The position numbers were made by a program, and so were the translations under genes. DNA of 6,627 nt from a virus, in IMG/VR virus record IMGVR_UViG_3300011563_000040. One strand, 5' to 3'. The notes beneath the pieces are model-generated. The model did not search any database, had not been told where the DNA came from, and worked only from the letters and a program-made list of their open reading frames with translations. This document shows, one piece after another, positions 4,338 to 6,627 of the stretch. Every line of letters begins with the position of its first letter. Position 1 is the stretch's first letter.

Positions 4338-4613
4338 ATGACTTACAAAAACGTAGAAGTAATTAAAGCTCCAGTTGCTCAAGTTAAAAAAACTTGGTTC
4401 CAACGTCATTGTCCTACTTTTGCTGCTGCTGGTGCTGTTGTTGGTTCAATGGTAGTTGCTTCTAGTGCAAATGCTGCTGGCGTTGCTGATTTGTTTACCG
4501 AAATTTCAACTGAAATGGGTGGCGTTTCAACTGGCGTTTTGTCAATTCTAACAATCCTTGCTGGTGTAGTTGCGTTGCTTCTTGGTTGGTCTTACGTCAA
4601 GAAAGCACGTTAA
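4338..4613 (+). CDS. Major coat protein precursor (pVIII-like), 91 aa; predicted mature form 45 aa
   Basis: AAGGAA lies 7 nt upstream of the ATG at 4338, which I prefer to the track's TTG start at 4281. The leader ends ...VVASSANA|AG, an AxA cleavage site. The mature peptide AGVADLFTEISTEMGG-VSTGVLSILTILAGVVALLLGWSY-VKKAR has the classic acidic N-terminus, hydrophobic core and basic C-terminus. A strong terminator follows the gene. Confidence 0.85.
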   Translation: MTYKNVEVIKAPVAQVKKTWFQRHCPTFAAAGAVVGSMVVASSANAAGVADLFTEISTEMGGVSTGVLSILTILAGVVALLLGWSYVKKAR

Positions 4614-4627
4614 TTACTGCTCGAATC

Positions 4628-4649
4628 TCCCAGCTTCGGCTGGGATTTT
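4628..4649 (+). terminator. Rho-independent terminator after the major coat gene
   Basis: TCCCAGC (4628-4634) pairs with GCTGGGA (4639-4645) around a TTCG tetraloop, followed by TTTT (4646-4649). The placement matches the terminator after gVIII in Ff. Confidence 0.8.
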
Positions 4650-4665
4650 CGTATAAGGGGGGAGT

Positions 4666-4749
4666 ATGGAAGAAGCATCTATTTTTTACTGGTTACTGGT
4701 CATTGTGCCTTGGATTGCATTACATGGGATATGGAGAGTGATTAAATGA
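4666..4749 (+). CDS. 27-aa hydrophobic mini-protein (pVII/pIX-like candidate), not in the ORF track
   Basis: A purine-rich Shine-Dalgarno sequence AAGGGGGGAG (4655-4664) precedes the ATG at 4666. The translation is MEEASIFYWLLVIVPWIALHGIWRVIK. Its TGA (4747-4749) overlaps the ATG (4746-4748) of the pIII-like gene as ATGA, and a GGAGAG Shine-Dalgarno sequence for that gene lies inside it. Confidence 0.6.
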   Translation: MEEASIFYWLLVIVPWIALHGIWRVIK

Positions 4750-6005
4750 AAAAGTTTCTTTCTGTCTTTTTTGCATTCACTCTTTATTTTAATTTAATTA
4801 CACAAGCCAATGCAGCAAGTCTTGGCGGATGGTCTTTGGGTTCTCCAGTTGCTTCTGGTGCTTCTGCAATTGTCAACGGAACAAAAGAAATCATCTTAAA
4901 CGGTGCTTCAAAAATTGCGAAAGGCACTGCAAAAATAACCCCTAATGCTTCACAAGTTGCAAATGTACTCAAGCGTGGTGCAGCCGGTTATGCCTTGTCT
5001 GTTGCTGTTGAACAGCTTTTAGGAGCGGTTGATTGGGTTTTAGATCCGGCGAATAATCAGATTGTTTATACAAAGCCTTCTGATTTACCAGCGCCAAATG
5101 ATCAATTTGTCTGGATTTGGGCGGGCTGCTCAAGTTATCAAGCATGTACGGTCGAGGGTATTATAGGTTCTACACCACAGGCTGCTTGTCAAAAATGGGC
5201 TGATGCACGTCAACCCCTCACTGTATCTAGAACTATTTCAATGTCAGAAATTCGAGCTAGATGTATCTTTAGTGATAATACACAGCAAGATGTACAACGT
5301 GTTGCAAATCCTGCTTATGATCCGGACGCAGAAGATCAGAAGAAAACATTACCGCTTGAAACTGTAGCTCAAAAAGTTATTTCTAATGCTGCTGGTGGTG
5401 ATGTATCAGCTCAACAAGCGATTACTGCTGCTGCACAAGATGTAATTAATGAAGCAGAAAATGACAGTGCTAAAGCTGCTCCGATTATTCAGCAACTAGA
5501 AGCATCAAAAGCAATTGAAGCTGAAAATACGGCAACTGGTGAACAGACACAAAACCCTGCAAATCCTAATGTCACTAACATAAAACTAGAATTTCCAGCA
5601 TTCTGCGGTTGGGCGCCTACCGTCTGTGAAGCTGCTCAAACTGTAATTTCGTTTCCAGTCACTCTGACGAGCTGGTGGAATACAGCAAATCAAAAAGCAG
5701 ATTCATGGGCTAACTCAATTTCTCAATCATGGGCAGAAGCCAAAGAGTGGGCAACCTCAGAGAAAAATGAAGATACAGAACTAGATATACCTGATCAGGA
5801 ACAACCAGATATAGACACAGATATAGCTTTCGGTGGCATGTGTCCTGATGATCGACAAGCTGAAATAAACATGGGTGTCGGTGTTATCAAAATGCCTATT
5901 TCATATGAGCCGATCTGTACAACAGTATCAACTGCAAAGCCTGTTCTTATCTTTGTCGGATTTTTTGTGGCTGCTTTAATTATTGGTGGAGTAAAAACAG
6001 AATGA
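4746..6005 (+). CDS. Minor coat / host-adsorption protein (pIII / OrfU-like), 419 aa
   Basis: It has an N-terminal signal peptide MKKFLSVFFAFTLYFNLITQANA|AS, 8 Cys in pairs, an A/Q/E-rich low-complexity linker, a Trp-rich segment and a C-terminal membrane anchor (PVLIFVGFFVAALIIGGV). It sits between the major coat and pVI-like genes. Confidence 0.75.
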   Translation: MKKFLSVFFAFTLYFNLITQANAASLGGWSLGSPVASGASAIVNGTKEIILNGASKIAKGTAKITPNASQVANVLKRGAAGYALSVAVEQLLGAVDWVLDPANNQIVYTKPSDLPAPNDQFVWIWAGCSSYQACTVEGIIGSTPQAACQKWADARQPLTVSRTISMSEIRARCIFSDNTQQDVQRVANPAYDPDAEDQKKTLPLETVAQKVISNAAGGDVSAQQAITAAAQDVINEAENDSAKAAPIIQQLEASKAIEAENTATGEQTQNPANPNVTNIKLEFPAFCGWAPTVCEAAQTVISFPVTLTSWWNTANQKADSWANSISQSWAEAKEWATSEKNEDTELDIPDQEQPDIDTDIAFGGMCPDDRQAEINMGVGVIKMPISYEPICTTVSTAKPVLIFVGFFVAALIIGGVKTE

Positions 6006-6274
6006 GTTTATCTACTATTTTACAAAGCATTCAAAAGGGAACATTAAAGAATATTCTTACTGGCGCTGGTCTTGCTCTTACTACTTCTTCAATTTCCTAT
6101 GTCGCTTTTCAACAGGCTGTAAATGCTGTTCAACAGCAAGCGTATGGAATACCGGGTGACTTGATTGCAATCCTTCATTTAGCTGGATTTGATATTTTCT
6201 TTTCAACTGTACTTGCAGCAATCGTGACTAGACTTTCACTGAATGCTGGTAATTTGGCATTAAAGAAGATTTAA
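6002..6274 (+). CDS. pVI / Ace-like small hydrophobic minor coat protein, 90 aa
   Basis: ATGA overlap with the pIII-like stop. It has hydrophobic segments (LTGAGLALTTSSISYVAF and LAGFDIFFSTVLAAIV). It lies between the pIII-like gene and zot, as gVI does in Ff and ace does in CTXphi. Confidence 0.65.
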   Translation: MSLSTILQSIQKGTLKNILTGAGLALTTSSISYVAFQQAVNAVQQQAYGIPGDLIAILHLAGFDIFFSTVLAAIVTRLSLNAGNLALKKI

Positions 6275-6275
6275 A

Positions 6276-6627
6276 ATGATACGTTTAGATACTGGCACTC
6301 CAGGTGCAGGAAAAACTTTAATTAATGTTCGTGATATTGTTCAGTTAGAAAAAACTAATCAGAAAAATATCATTCTTAATCCTAAAATATATGAAACTAA
6401 TTTAAAGGTTATCCAGGATAAAAAAATATCTGATGATTTTTTATATTGTGTTCGAAAAGTAGGCCAAGGTGTTGATCTAAAAGAACAGGTTTTTCATTTT
6501 GATAATACCTATTTTGATTTCTTAAAATCATCTGAACGTATAGAAGAATATTTTTCTCGCTCTATTTTTTATAATGAAATTATTGAACGAGTTAACAATG
6601 AACATAATTTAAAACTAAATAAAGTTC
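6276..6627 (+). CDS. zot: Zot / pI-family phage assembly ATPase, N-terminal part (continues at 1..1214 across the circular junction; about 480 aa in total)
   Basis: ATG at 6276, two bases after the stop of the preceding ORF. It translates MIRLDTGTPGAGKTLINV..., containing the Walker A P-loop GTPGAGKT. The frame is open to the window end and matches frame 3 at the window start (6507 corresponds to 3). The ORF track missed it because no stop codon falls inside the window. Confidence 0.85.
   Translation, partial: MIRLDTGTPGAGKTLINVRDIVQLEKTNQKNIILNPKIYETNLKVIQDKKISDDFLYCVRKVGQGVDLKEQVFHFDNTYFDFLKSSERIEEYFSRSIFYNEIIERVNNEHNLKLNKV
6505..6627. repeat. Terminal redundancy, right copy (identical to 1-123)
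   Basis: Same 123-bp string as the window start. Confidence 0.9.

Larger units (their letters stand above)
1..6627 (+). mobile_element. Complete circularly permuted filamentous-phage (Inovirus-like) genome or replicative form; unit length 6504 bp
   Basis: Bases 1-123 are identical to 6505-6627. The Zot-like ORF is continuous in frame across the junction. The gene order is the canonical inovirus one (Rep, ssDNA-binding protein, small coat-like ORFs, major coat, pIII-like, pVI-like, pI/Zot), nearly all on one strand, with ATGA-type overlaps between neighbouring ORFs. Confidence 0.85.

Noticed and set aside
4784-4972. 62-aa minus-strand ORF
   Set aside because: It is antisense to the N-terminal region of the pIII-like gene, with nothing to support it.
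1-6627. Search for CRISPR arrays, tRNA/rRNA genes, an integrase, toxin cargo (ctxAB-like) or a defence system
   Set aside because: There are no spaced repeat arrays and no cloverleaf-like or rRNA-like segments. Every ORF longer than 100 aa is already accounted for by Rep, the pIII-like protein and Zot.

Overview
This window is a complete, circularly permuted genome of a small filamentous (Inovirus-like, Ff/CTXphi-style) ssDNA phage, or its replicative form. Bases 1-123 recur exactly at 6505-6627, which gives a 6504-bp circle. A Zot/pI-type assembly ATPase ORF reads in frame across that junction (6276..6627, continuing 1..1214). The + strand carries, in order: a rolling-circle Rep (2281-3501), a probable ssDNA-binding protein (3514-3783), several small ORFs, a major coat protein with a cleavable leader (4338-4613) followed by an intrinsic terminator, a 27-aa ORF missed by the track (4666-4749), a pIII-like adsorption protein (4746-6005), a pVI-like protein (6002-6274), Zot/pI, and an 89-aa membrane protein (1211-1480). 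The only convincing minus-strand gene is a small divergent regulator (1965-2171). There is no secretin, integrase, tRNA, rRNA or CRISPR array. The main interest lies in the noncoding DNA. (i) Two inverted dif-like XerC/XerD sites with non-canonical 11-bp and 7-bp central regions (1731-1763 and 1801-1829) fold, with an inner 10-bp stem, into a roughly 99-nt forked hairpin on the + strand. This is the architecture of the CTXphi ssDNA attP, so the element looks like an integrase-less, Xer-exploiting IMEX. (ii) A third dif-like site with a canonical 6-bp TGTATA spacer (3977-4004) lies between the replication and morphogenesis modules, so dif-like sites bracket a 2.2-kb RS-like replication module. 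(iii) A relatively GC-rich patch holds a hairpin containing TAATAGTG, followed by a second palindrome, which resembles the Ff (+)-origin nick site. (iv) Three direct repeats of a 12-bp motif lie in the divergent regulator/rep control region. (v) Several unannotated mini-ORFs are present, including a 32-aa peptide matching a C2H(C) zinc-finger spacing. All functional calls are made by eye from motifs, gene order and protein architecture; no database search was possible.
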